Source: Lama glama (lineage: Eukaryota). From it: a stretch of DNA of 64,000 nt. Under the pieces are notes generated by a model, which saw nothing but the letters and a program-made list of their open reading frames with translations, made no database searches and was not told the origin of the DNA. Both the position numbers and the translations under genes were made by a program. The stretch covers positions 99,202,001 through 99,266,000 of the forward strand of contig CM052816.1 of NCBI GenBank assembly GCA_028534125.1, written 5' to 3'. Below are positions 11,565-23,857 of the stretch, piece after piece (position 1 is the stretch's first letter; each line of letters starts with the position of its first letter).

Positions 11565-14509
11565 GTCGTTACTGGGTTATGGGTTTGTTATTTATAACAT
11601 ATTCACCAACAAGTCCCGAGTCGCATTCTGAAGACGGATACGTCACTTGGTTTATTCCCGAATATTCATGCTTTTCTTTCTGAACAAACTTTCATCATTG
11701 TCCTACTGTGCATCAAAAGCATCAAAACTCCCTTTAGTGGACATTTCTCCTTCTCTGAGAGCATTTACCAAACCACTCCCACCACCCTGAGTGCATCAAA
11801 GTAAAGCATCCACGTGTATGTGCAATGATGGGTATGAATGTAGGTGTTCACTTGTACCATCTTTGACTAGCAGCATTAATCCCAAGGAATTCATCTAGTT
11901 TTGCTTCGTCTGCCATGTCCTCCTTCAGCCCTGCCTTATATCTCCCGTGAATTCTTAAGGGCATCTAAACCATTTTGCTTCAGTATAGATGCTGGTATTT
12001 TACAATGATCCACTTTTATAAAATGCAGAAAATAAAACTCCTGTTCATACACTGTTTAACATATTTAATTGCTCAACGACTATCTGATCCAACATGTCTT
12101 GGCCCAGCAGAGGCTCCTTCCCCTCATCTTAATGCCACGTTGCACGTTAGGTTCACTTTTATTTAAAAAAAAAAAAAAGCAAAAACAAGACTTGTTCTAG
12201 AATTAAGCCTTATAACAGCTTCTTGGGTTATATTTATAATATCATGCTATACTATAATATAATGCCACAAATGATTATATTATAAAATTATAAAGCAATC
12301 ATCTATAATACTACAGTAAGGAAATAAATGCTAGTGTGACTCACACACATTTACATACACATGCTCCAAACCGTTATGCTTCTTAAATGGAGAACACATT
12401 TTCAGTTTTGTTTAATTCTTGATCATTCAGTTGGTCTTATATCTTTTTTATAATCAAAAGTAAAATTAATACCATGACAAAACCAAAGTACTCTTCCCAG
12501 TGTGCTCCTACAGTGTGAATTTCAACTTGAAAGCTTCACATAACCTTTGTTTGAATTTTAGCTTAGCTGCTACCTTGGAACCCAAGGAGCCTGCTCAGAT
12601 CAGCTACCCACAGTCTGTGTCATGAACTGAGTGTACCATGGCTGTGCTCTGGGTGCTAAACTTTTCAGCTCATTTTAAATTTTCAGAATGAACAGTTTCA
12701 AGCAGTTTTCAGACAAACAAATTTTGTTCTTGTGCATTTTTATTGCCCAAATTTTTAAATTACTCAATGTCTTATAAACAGTAGCACAAGGCTACCAGTG
12801 AATGAATAATTCATTAACAAATGTATGATTTTTCATAAGTGCTATACATTTAAATTCATCAAGAATCCATAGATGCCAATGGCCAGTTACTTTTTCACTG
12901 TTCTTTATTCTATGCTCCATAAATACTTTTATATATTAATTACCCATTTCTGCAACACTGCATTTGGCGACACTTTGGAGAGTCATTAAAATAAAATATT
13001 GACTTTTAAATATCCTTTTCTGAATGCAAATATAATATGTGCACAATTGAAAGTCATAAAAAAGAAAGAACTGGGAAATCACAGAAAAGCATCAAGGAAA
13101 AATGGGACAGCACCTATGATCTCTCAACCCTTCAAATTATCAGGGCACACCACACGTATTTAGTCTCCTCTCTCGCACATGGATAGATATAAAGATATAT
13201 ATATGTAGTTATAAATTAAGTGTGCATTTAAATCTGTCTATTGATGTATGGCATATATTCAGAGAATTTCCACATAAAATTTTGAAAAACACCCCTCTTC
13301 AAAAAAGCTTTATTTTGGAATTCCCTAAGCTATTCCTGAATTACTTAACTGATATAACACTTTTAAAATAATTCACTCAGAGTAGTTATTTTTCTTCTGT
13401 TTTGTTTAAATATTTTCTGTTCTTTATCGGTTACCCCTTTCCTTTTATTTTAAAATCTCATCATTCATTCTATTTTCAGAATTCAAAATAATATATACTT
13501 CCACAGAGGTAAAGAAAAAAGTATTCTTGTGCACTTTTAATAATCACCAAATTCCAAATTACCCAATGCCTTTTAAACAGAAGCACAGGATTTTAGGTGA
13601 ATGAATTATTCCTTATTAATTCCATTATGTCATATGAGTCCTATACAATGAAATCCATCATATTGCTATACACAGCAAGTTTACCCTGGTGCTTATAAGA
13701 ATATTCCAGAGCAGTTTGCCCTGCGATTGTTAGAAGCATTATATGAAATACTAATGATGAGCCAAGATGAAGTTCTAAATTGTTTATAATTCCTCTTCTG
13801 AATAATAGACTGTAGTGTTTATCAATTTCCCCTAGAGAGCAACAGTCCAGGCTTCTCCCAGGACTAGACTTTCTTACTCAATTTCTGACACATTGAAATG
13901 AGGAAATGGAAGTTGGTGATGATGGAATTACCTGTGCAGCACCCAGGAAGAGAGCATGTGGTGCTTTCAGGGGCTTGCAGGGAGCTTGGCAAGGCTGGAG
14001 CCACATGTGTAGGGGTGGACCAGAAGACATGAACTTGTCTTTACCAGGGGAGCTCTTACACTTGGTGTTTGTTATCCATTCAACACCTCCGTACCACCCT
14101 CAGCAATCACAGTACATCATGTCTCCAAGTTTGAGGATTATTTGTTCCTAAATATGGATCTGCTTGTGATGAGCAACACTCATTCCAGTCATCTAGCTTG
14201 ACATGGTGACATGTCTGCCTTCCTTAAATGTCCTGTGCATTTTCAACAAATAACTCCACAGGCAAGGAAAGAGCATTGGGACTGCGATTAAAGAATGGAA
14301 ACTAGAAGGAATCCTCAGTTCTGAAAAGAAGAGGTTGGCATACAGGGATAAGGGCATTGGGGATCTTTCTGAGAAAGAGAAGAGTTTTACGAATATTTCC
14401 CCAGAAAAAATGCAACACGCACAAGATTCTTGTTCTCCCCAAAGGCCAGGGTCAAGAGTCCTACACCAGTTAAACATCTCTTCAAGCTCTACAATTATGT
14501 TGTTGATTT

Positions 14510-16562
14510 TCAATACCCAATCTGAACAGCAGAGAGAAAAAGACTTAATGAAAAAGAAAATAGTGCCTAAGGGAACAAAGGACTTGGCATTTGACTCTTC
14601 AAAGACCTGGAATCAGTTAAGCAAGAAGGACTTGAAAAACTCTTAAAGAAATAATTGCATGTTAATCAGTGAAGCTAGAACACTCCCTCACATCATACAC
14701 AAAAATAAACTCAAAATGAATGGATTAAAGACTTAAACACAAGGCAAGACACAATAAACCTCCTAGGAGAAAACATAGGCAAAACATTATCTGACATACA
14801 TCTCAGCAATGTTCTCCTAGGGCAGTCTCCCCAGGCAATAGAAATAAAAGCAAAAATAAAAAATGGGACCTAATTAAACATATAAGCTTTTCACAGCAAA
14901 GGAAACCATAAGCAAAACAAAATGACAACCTACAGAATGGGAGAAAATACTTGCAAAAGGTAAAATTGACAAGGGCTTGGTTTCCAGAATATATAGATAG
15001 CCCATATGATTTAATAAGAAAAAAACAAAAATGGGCAGAAGAGCTAAACAAGTATAATTCTCCAGTGAAGACATATGAATGACCTATAGGCACATGAAAA
15101 AATGCTCAATATCACTAGTTATCAGAGAAACGCAAATCAAAACAACAATGAGGTATCACGTCACACCAGTCACAGTGGCTATCATTTAAAAGTCCACAAA
15201 TGGTAAATGCTGGAGAGGATGTGGAGAAAAGGGAACCCTCCTACACTGTTGGTGGAAATGCATTTTAGTGTAGCCATTGTGGAAAACAGTATGGAGATTC
15301 CTCAAAAGACTAAAAATAGTGTTACCATATGACCCAGCAATCCCACTCCTGGGCATATATCCAGAAGGAACCTTAATTCATAAAGACATCTGCATCCCAA
15401 TATTCCAAGCAGCACTATTTACAATAACCAAAACATGGAAACAACCTAAATGTGCATCAACAGATGACTGGATAAAGAGGTGGTATATTTATATAATGGA
15501 ATACTATTCAGACATAAAAATGACAACATAATGCCATTTGCAGCAACATGGATGTCACTGGAGAATGTCATTCTCAGTGAAATAAGCCAGAAAGAGAAAG
15601 AAAAATACCATATGATATCACTCAAATGTGGAATCTAAAAAGAAAAGAAAAGAAAAGAAAAGAAACAAATGACCTTATGTATAAAACAGAAACAGACTCA
15701 CAGACAGAATACAGACTTGTGGTTGCCAGGGGGGAGGAGGGTGGGAAGGGAGAAACTGGGGGTTAGAGATTTGCAGATACTGGGATGTATATATAAAATA
15801 GATAAACAAATTCATACTGTACAGCACAGGGAAATATATCCAATATCTTGTAGCAGCTCATGGTAAAAAACAATACGAAAATGAATATATGTATATTCAT
15901 GTATGACTGAAGAATTGTGCTGTACACCAGAAATTGACACAACATTTGTAAACTGACTATAACTCAATAAAAAAAAAAGAAATAATTGCAGAAAACCTCC
16001 CATGTTTGAAAAGAGACACAAACCTACAGATTGAAGGAGCCAAATGAAGTGCAGAGGATAAGCCAAAAAATGTTCATGCTGAGGCACATCACGATTAACC
16101 ACTAGAAAACTAAAGACAACAAAATCATCCTGAGATAGGAGGGACACAGCACCTTACTCACAGGGGCACACTCAACAACCCGGCTGGATTTCCAGAGAAT
16201 TATGCTGAGTATAAAGTGATAATTCCAAACAGTTACATTCTGTATAATTTCGTTTATATAGCATGCTTGAACTGAGAAAATTGTCAACAAGGAGAGCAAA
16301 TTAGTTGTTGCCAATTATTAGAGAGGGTGTGGGTGTCAGGAGGAAAGTGGTTGTGGTTACAGACGGGTCATCACAGTGATTGAAATGTTCTGTTTTTGAA
16401 CCACCAATGTCAATATCCTGGCTGTGATGTTTACCATAGTTTTACAAGATGCAGCCGCTGTGGGGGTAGCTGGGTAAGGAATACATAGCATTTCTTTGCA
16501 TTATTTCTTACAACAGCATGTGAATATACATTTATCTCAGAATAGAATGATTAATTTAAAGA
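14510..16562 (+). mobile_element. Older L1MC-like host element: ORF1 fragments either side of the young L1 and a 3' end at ~16220-16562
   Basis: ORF1-like TQSEQQREK at ~14515; 'gaaataattgcagaaaacctccc...aaacctacagattgaaggagc' at ~15980-16040; L1MC-type 3' end 'ttatttcttacaacagcatgtgaatataca'. Confidence 0.7.
14660..15975 (+). mobile_element. Young 5'-truncated L1 (~1.3 kb; ORF2 C-terminus, 3'UTR, poly-A) with perfect 15-bp TSD
   Basis: ORF 15277-15531 is L1 ORF2 C-terminus ([28 protein letters not shown]...WKQPKC); TSD aaagaaataattgca at 14645-14659 and 15976-15990; TT/AAAG endonuclease-type site. Confidence 0.95.
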
Positions 16563-18344
16563 ATAAATGTCTGTTTGACACTTTCAAATGGACCAGATTA
16601 AATAGATTTTACTCTTTAAAGAGATTTCTTTGTTAGAATCAATTTTGCTCTTTTGCTTTCTTCTCCCATTATGTATTGTGTTAAGAACAAAGTTTACAGA
16701 GGTTGAAATAAAGCAGAATTTAGCCGTTGAGTTAAATTTATATCAAAACTTCCCTCTATAATAGCCTTAGACACACGAGATCTTTTGTGGCCACTTATAT
16801 TTTGAATTCATTTTTCTTGTATTGATTTTCTGTGCCTTTCACAAAGATCTAATAAATCAATCAGCACTTAAAATAAATCCATATCATTGAAGATTAGAAG
16901 TAAAAGGGCAGTAGGTAGAATACATCTGTAGAATATATTTGCATTTATTCAGGAAGAGCCCTACTCGAATTAATGTGGATTCACTAAGAAAGAATCTGGG
17001 AAAATCACAGTTTAAAATTCTAGCTAAAAATAGAATATTCAATGGCAGTTTCTTATTCACTTATGCATTCTTTGGATTTACACCATGACTTTGCATTAAG
17101 CTCAGACCCTGAAAGATGGTCTAATTTGGTCAAAGTATTAGAGCTTTATATCCAAGAGTTGTAAAAAGGGTCTCAATTGTCACAAAATGGATTATCTGTG
17201 TTTGGAAATTAAAACAAACAAACAAACAAAAAACCTGTTTTACTTAGGCTGAAATTTATTCAAAGCCTTTTGTGGCTAAATAAGTAAATAAAAATACTTA
17301 AAGATTAATTTAATTATTTTCACTTACTGTACTGTAGGACACTGAACTTAAAATCCAATTACTGTCTGTCTTCATTATGGCTCTTCAAACCTTTTTTTAT
17401 TACATCTTTCGAGAGTGGTCACGAGGATATTTTGATGGCTACAGGTTTCATATTTGAGTCCACGATACATTATTTGTTTTACAAAATTAAAATATCAGTT
17501 TTGTCATTAAATATTATTTCTTTATTTAAAAAAGTGAACCATGCCGAATTAGCACTTGGAATATTGTTTTTTCTAACCTACATTTTCTACCATTATGGAT
17601 TATGCCTTTAAAAGTATACATTGCTGCTCTGAATACTACTATAAATGATAGAATTTCAGGAAAAGCTAGGAGTTTCGTTAATTTCTTTAAAGAGTCATCT
17701 GTCTTCCCCTGAGAGCTTTCTTGTGAAGAAATATTATTGCCACTTTGGAAGTTCAATTTGCTGTTGGGCTGGGTTTGTGCTGTTTGCAATCAAGTCTTTG
17801 GTGCTGTATTTGTATTGCTATTTTCACTCAGGTGAACGTTTCGTTTGTTTATTTTCTCTCATGGCATTATTTCTCAAAAGGTGAGAATGCTGGTGTCTTT
17901 GGCAGTACCTCTTCCCATCAGAATGAAATACAGTGTTATCTCCTTTTAGGATATCCTCATTGTATTTCTCCATTTAGTTTTACGGTAACTATTTTGACAA
18001 AACAAAGGCCAGGTATTCAGAGTTTACCTATTTTTACTGAGTTTTATTTATGCAGTTTTTCTCAGTCTTCGAGGTTTTCTAAAACACAGACATGTCCCCC
18101 GTTCGCTCCCGCTTCCCAATGAGCATTCCCAGGACAAGTTCTGGCGTTGCACAGACTAACTTTCAAGTCTTTGGTTGCCGTTGGCAACATCTAGTCCAAA
18201 CTGTGGAGGTGTTCAGCAGTGGGTTTAATAACCATGGGGTTTCAACTGGGGTTTAATAACCATGGGACATCATTAGTTATCTCAAGAAATATGACAAGAC
18301 TCTGGAAAACTCATGGAAAGTCAATTACGATTCACTTTAACACC

Positions 18345-18720
18345 ATGAATAGTGTATGCTAGCGTCTGACTCCACTTTGACGCTGACAGCCCGCCACCTC
18401 CACCTGTCCCTCTCCCCTGTTCCCTCACTCTGGGCAAGTCAGGACAAAGGCCCGGATGCTCCCTCTCTTTTTATAAGTGGGTAGCTCAAGCCATGGAAGC
18501 AAGCCAACCCACAAGCAGGAACCCTGCGTCCTCCCCACTCACTAACCACAGTAAAGTCAACCAGTTCCCCCAACTCACTCTCTTGAGACATTTCTGGACC
18601 AGCTCGGGAGCCTGCAGTGCCCCTCCTCCCCCAGAAAACCTTATCCTGAGAGTAATCACACTACACCCTCGTGGCGCATACGACTCACCCGTCAGGTCAT
18701 CCAGACCACATATTGTGTGG
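18345..18720 (+). mobile_element. ERV solo LTR remnant, subfamily not determined
   Basis: LTR-like motifs 'gtctgactccactttg', 'ctctgggcaag', 'ggaccagctcgggagcctgc...ccccagaaaacctt'. Confidence 0.55.
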
Positions 18721-20495
18721 AGGGTGTTTATCCAGCCTTTACGAGGTGACTACAACAGAGATGAATAGAAACATAGGTAGCTTATTTAATATTCTTATGA
18801 AAATGTCATGGAGATGTCACAAACCATGTAATTTACTATATAAACTTTCAAAAGACAATTCTAAATAATCCGTTTTTGTTGTCTCACCATTAACAAAGAG
18901 TTAGACCTTTACTGTGTCATCCACACGTTCATCCCTCCTGGACTAGCTTCCTTGTTCTAAAGGTGGTGATCCCTGTTATTTGTTGTCATTCTCAGAGCTT
19001 CACTGACGTAACTGGTGCCACACCCATCTCTGAGCGTAGTCCGGTTTCTCCTGTCGTGATCTTTGGTACCTGCTTCACCGCCTTCTTTGCTGCTCTCTGT
19101 TCTTGAATGCCTGCAGACTGCATCACCTGTGGAATCCCTGCTCTTTGCTTTCTACCGCCTGTAAACAATTGCCCCTGTAGACAGCCCTTGGCACCACTGA
19201 TTACACACGAGTTCAACTTCCGTGGAAAAGAAGCAAGCTCTAATTGTCATTAGAGACACAAATTCTAGGTTTACCTGCAAACTTGTCCCTAATCTATATT
19301 TCCATAGAACATCCAAAGCCCGTTCTTTTTGTAACTGTGAACATTTGGCCTTTATTAATTGAATATAAGTTTCCTATAGAAATAGTTGGATGAATGACTA
19401 TTGCACAGTTTCCAAATTCCTCCCCATCATCTTCCCCTCCAAAGCCAGATGGGGAAATGTGAGGATGAGACGGTTTGATTCATCAATGGGGATCAAGATT
19501 TCCTGACCATCAGCCTGGGTGCCTAGACATAATTGTTGGTTAGAAAATTGTGTGCTTCATCATTAAAAAGCAAGGAAAATTCTAAGGAAAATGTTCATAA
19601 TAAAATGTGCATAATAAGAAAATGTTCATAATATTTCAAGAATAACTTCATAGTCACATACTATCTCAGGTCACAAAACCCGAACCGAACCTTAAAAGCC
19701 TTCCCAGATGAGTGAATCAGATGTGAGTCCCAGAAATTTCAGCAGAAAAAAAAAGCTTCAGGGTGTTCTTTTAAATATATTGCTTCACTTCAAAACATAA
19801 AATAAGGATATTAAGGAAACAATGTATAATTCTAAGATGTCAAGCTTACTCTGGACATAATATATGATGTTTGTGTTGGTAACTGCAATTTTGAAAAGTG
19901 TTCTGAATGTCTTAAGAGAAAATGTCACAGCACAGTAGATAAATTTCAGAACTGTTTCTCTTTCTAATTTAACTGGAAGGGAAAGGCCCGGAATTGACCT
20001 CTGCTTCCTATGAACGTTTTTCTTAATGACCTACTTAAAGATATTGCTAGAAATCAAGCCAACGTACTTCATTACAGAGGCAGGAAGGCAAATCGTACGG
20101 AAGACATCATAAACTGTGTGGCACATTCAAGGAGGCAGACATGAAATGACCACCAGCTAAGTCCTTTGAACTCTGCCTGAGGAGTAACAGCAAATATCTG
20201 TCACTAAATAAGAAGTCCCCCTTTTGGAATCAGACTTATTTATCCCAGGATCTCAGTTAATGTTTACAAATCTATTCATTTCACTCAAATACGGCATAAC
20301 TTGAAAAATGTGATTGTTGTATAAATGTTTACCTAATAAGCATGGCCTTGAATTGAGGGAAATACTTTCATCTGAAGATTCAGGAGCATCCTTGGTGTGA
20401 TCTCAGAAGCCTTCTCTCCAACCCATTGCAGAAGAAGCTCAAATGTGTTTAGCAGCAGTTTGTCGTGAACTGAGATCTTGCTGCCCATGGGCGTC

Positions 20496-20870
20496 TGTAG
20501 TTGTTTTCTAGAGCAGGGGGCTTAAGCAACAGAAATGTATTCTCTCACAGGTCTGGAGGCCAGGTCTGAAGTCAAGGTGTCAGCAAGGTAGGCTCTACCT
20601 GAGCCAGGTAGTCTTTCCTGGACTTACAGATGGTCATCTTCTCTCTGTGTCTTCTTGTCAGCTTTCCTCTGTGCATGTCTGTGCTTGTGTCCAAATTCCC
20701 CCTTTTCATAAGGACGCCAATCATATTAGATTAGGGCCACCCTAATGACCTCATCTTAACTTGATCATCCCTGTAAAGATTCTTTCTCCAAATATGGCCA
20801 CATTCATAAGTCCTGGGGGTTAAGACTTCAACATATGGGTTCCAGGGAGACACAATTCGACCTCTACCAT
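20496..20870 (-). mobile_element. MaLR solo LTR, MLT1B-like
   Basis: 'ggcttaagcaacagaaatgtattctctcacag', 'aagtcaaggtgtcagca', 'accctaatgacctcatcttaacttgat', 'gggttaagacttcaacatatg'. Confidence 0.9.
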
Positions 20871-20989
20871 AGTCCACACAGTAAAAATAATTCTCCCTTT
20901 TCTGAGGAGAGTGGGGCATGACTACCTGTACAAAACAGAATGATGGTTTTCACCTTTGGCTATTTCTACGGTAGGAAGAGGAGGGGGGC

Positions 20990-21362
20990 TCTATTTGGTG
21001 GACTTCCTAGCTCACAGCAATTCCTGCTTGTTTGTGAACTGCTCCCCATTTGAAAGACTTCATTCCCAGTGCCATGTCCCTGAGCAGCCCTATGCTGCAC
21101 TTCCACTTCATGATTAAGGCATGAGCAATCTGGTCAGAATCTCTCTTTAGGAATTTTTGTTTTTCAACTGAGAGCAAAGAGACTGGAAGTTGCTGGAACC
21201 CAAGACATTAAAAGCAATGTCCTAGCATCCTTAGAATTGCTTGTTTGTCACCTGTCCTGTATGCTGAGGATTCAACCTTCCTTGGATTCCATTATATATA
21301 ATATAATAGATTTTTTTTTTTCAAGCTGATCAGAGCTGGTTTCTGTTTCCATCAAACTAACA
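20990..21362 (+). mobile_element. Old MaLR LTR remnant (MLT1J/K-like)
   Basis: 'tcagaatctctctttaggaatttt' and 3' end 'tttcaagctgatcagagctggtttctgtttcc'. Confidence 0.45.
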
Positions 21363-22449
21363 TCTGCCTGCATGGCATCCCATTTTCCAGTCACCTGGTA
21401 GTTTTGAAGATGCCCTGAGATAACATGGACTATATTAAATTTTCCCAGAAATACTGGATCCTCCTGGAGTCCCAGAAAACATGGCTACTGCCAGGGATAC
21501 TTACATGATGAAAGGAGACATTTGCTGAATTCATATTGTAGCTTGGAGTGTTGTTAACACACTGACAGTTAATTGATTGCAGGTCAGTTTTAGACGTGAG
21601 ATTAAGATTTTAAACACAGATAGAGATTAACAATGAAAATACCCCAAATTTTATTGTCTCTGTCTTTGCCAAATCTTTGACACTTCTGCTGTTTCTGACA
21701 ACAACTTGGAATATTAAGTGTATTTTTTGAAACAAATACCCTGCTCTGTTAAAGCAAGTGTTGAAGGAACATAGGGCTGTCATTGTATTCAGAATATTAA
21801 GAATATTTTTAGCTTTTCTTTTTGTTTAAAATTTAAAAAATATAGGCCAAAGCTTCCCTCCACAATTTTTATATTAGATTTGATATATAATGACAGCTAG
21901 ATCATGTTGAATTCAATCAATGGTTAGTCAGCTTGCAAATCCAAAACTGAATCTCATGAAACAAGAATAATATTCTTCCAGAGAAATCTCATCTTTCATA
22001 AATGCATGCAAAATATATTAGTTGTGCCTATAATAAAATACTAGGTAAAAATGCATATGTTTAATCCATATGGCTTGGTTAAGAAATATTCAGAACATAA
22101 ATTTTATTTTGTAATATCTATAAAGTTACTTCTCTATTTTAGCTCATAGAAGAATTTAAATATCAATCCATTGGAAAGAAATATAGTTTTTCTATTTCTA
22201 TGCATTACTGCCTTCTAAAAGATCCTTTATCATAAAATGTTTTCCTATGTGAAGTAGTCTGGATAATTCTCTTTTGAGTGTTCACTCCTCTTTCTGAGGT
22301 TATGATTTTGAAATCACAGTTACACAAGTGAGCAAGTTGAACACTCCTAGTTATCTCCCTCTCTTTTCTGAGGATGGACCAATCTTTCTTCTCTCTCAAC
22401 ATTCTCTCCTTTCCAGTGACCACGGCTCAGCCTCTGGGTCTAAGTTTTG

Positions 22450-22705
22450 ATGACTCCTCCTCCGAGAAGCCTTCTTTCAAATCCACAAAAGGCATCCTCT
22501 GAAGAAAAGGGCCTCCTGACACCACTCAGGCCTTATCCCAACCCGGCCTGGCAATCTAATTTCCTGACTGCCGTCCCTGTCTCCCACTGGCCCAGGCGTG
22601 TGGCAAGGGGGGCGCTGCATCTGTCCTGTTTATTGTTGTGCCCCCAGCAGCAAGGCAACTCGGCACAAAGCAGGCCCCCAATCAATGTTTGCTTAATAAA
22701 TAAGT
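22450..22705 (+). mobile_element. L2 3' end
   Basis: 'cctcctccgagaagccttc', 'tctgtcctgtttattgttgtgccccc...ggcacaaagcaggcccccaatcaatgtttgcttaataaat'. Confidence 0.7.
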
Positions 22706-22797
22706 CCTTCTCATTATTTCACTCTTTCATTATGCCAGCCTGTAATTTTTGCTTAATATATGTTATTGAGTTTAATTGCATAAAAAAGTGATGGCTA

Positions 22798-23857
22798 TAG
22801 TCTGTCACTCCTGGGAAGATGGAGTAGGTGTAATTTTCTCCATCCTCTCCATAAAGTACAATAAAAATTCTGAATTTTATATATATATATATATGTACAA
22901 ATATAAATATAAACATATATACATAAATATTTATTAAATGTAAGAAGATTCTGAAAAGTGGAGGAAAAGTAAACAGACATTTCACAGAAGAGAATATCCA
23001 GGTGGCAAACAGGCACATGAAAAGATGCTCAACATCATTAGCCATTAGGAAAATCCAAATCCAAATGCAGTAAGACAGCCCTGCATAACTCTCAGAATAA
23101 GAAACATTTTTAAAAAATGGTAACAGAAAATACAGAAGAGGATATGGAGAAATTTAATCACTCAGACATTGCTGGTGGGGATGCAAAATGCCACAGCCAC
23201 TTTGGGAAACAAAGAATTTCTTTAAAAAAAGAAAAAAAAAACTACACGTGAAATTACCATATGACTCACGATTGTACTCTTGGGCATTCATCCCAGATAA
23301 ACAAAAACATATGGTCACACGAAAACCTATACAAAAATGTTAATGGCAGATTGATTCGTAATAGCCCCAAGCGCCTTCACCAGGTGGATAGTTAAACAAG
23401 CCATGGTGTCTCCAGACTGTGGTATACAGAATGCAGCAAAAAAGAATGGACTGTGGGTACACTCGGTAACTCATTTGGTTAAATCCCTGGGTTGTTCAGT
23501 GGGGTAATAAAAAAAGCCCTAATCTCAAAAGTTTATACACTATATGATTCCATTTTTGTAACTTTCTTGAAGTGATGGGGTTGCAGATATAGAGATCAGG
23601 TTAGTACTTGCTCAGGGTTAAGGAGGAGGCTTATGGGGATGAAGTGAGCAACACAAGGAGTCCTTTTGTTGATGGAGATACTCTGTGTCTTGAGCACATC
23701 AGAGTCAGTACCTTGCTTGTGATATTGTCCTGCAGTTTTGCCAGATACTGCGTTTGGGTAACTTAGCAAAAGGAATATGGGATCTCTCTGCATTCCTCCT
23801 TACAAATGCATGCAACTCTACAATGATCACAAGATAAAATCATTTAACTTAAAAAAA
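22798..23857 (+). mobile_element. L1MC-like element with apparent 5' end joined directly to ORF2 end plus 3'UTR
   Basis: 5' 'ctgggaagatggagtagg...aagtacaataaaaa...aagaagattctgaaaagtggag'; ORF2 end 'aacagacatttcacagaagagaatatccaggtggcaaacaggcacatgaaaagatgctcaacatc'; candidate TSD aaaaaag(t)gatggcta at 22782-22797 and 23852-23866. Confidence 0.8.

Noticed and set aside
15277..15531. 84-aa ORF with real protein similarity
   Set aside because: It is the L1 ORF2 C-terminus in a truncated, frame-broken copy, not a host gene; the same applies to the ORFs at 4463-5103
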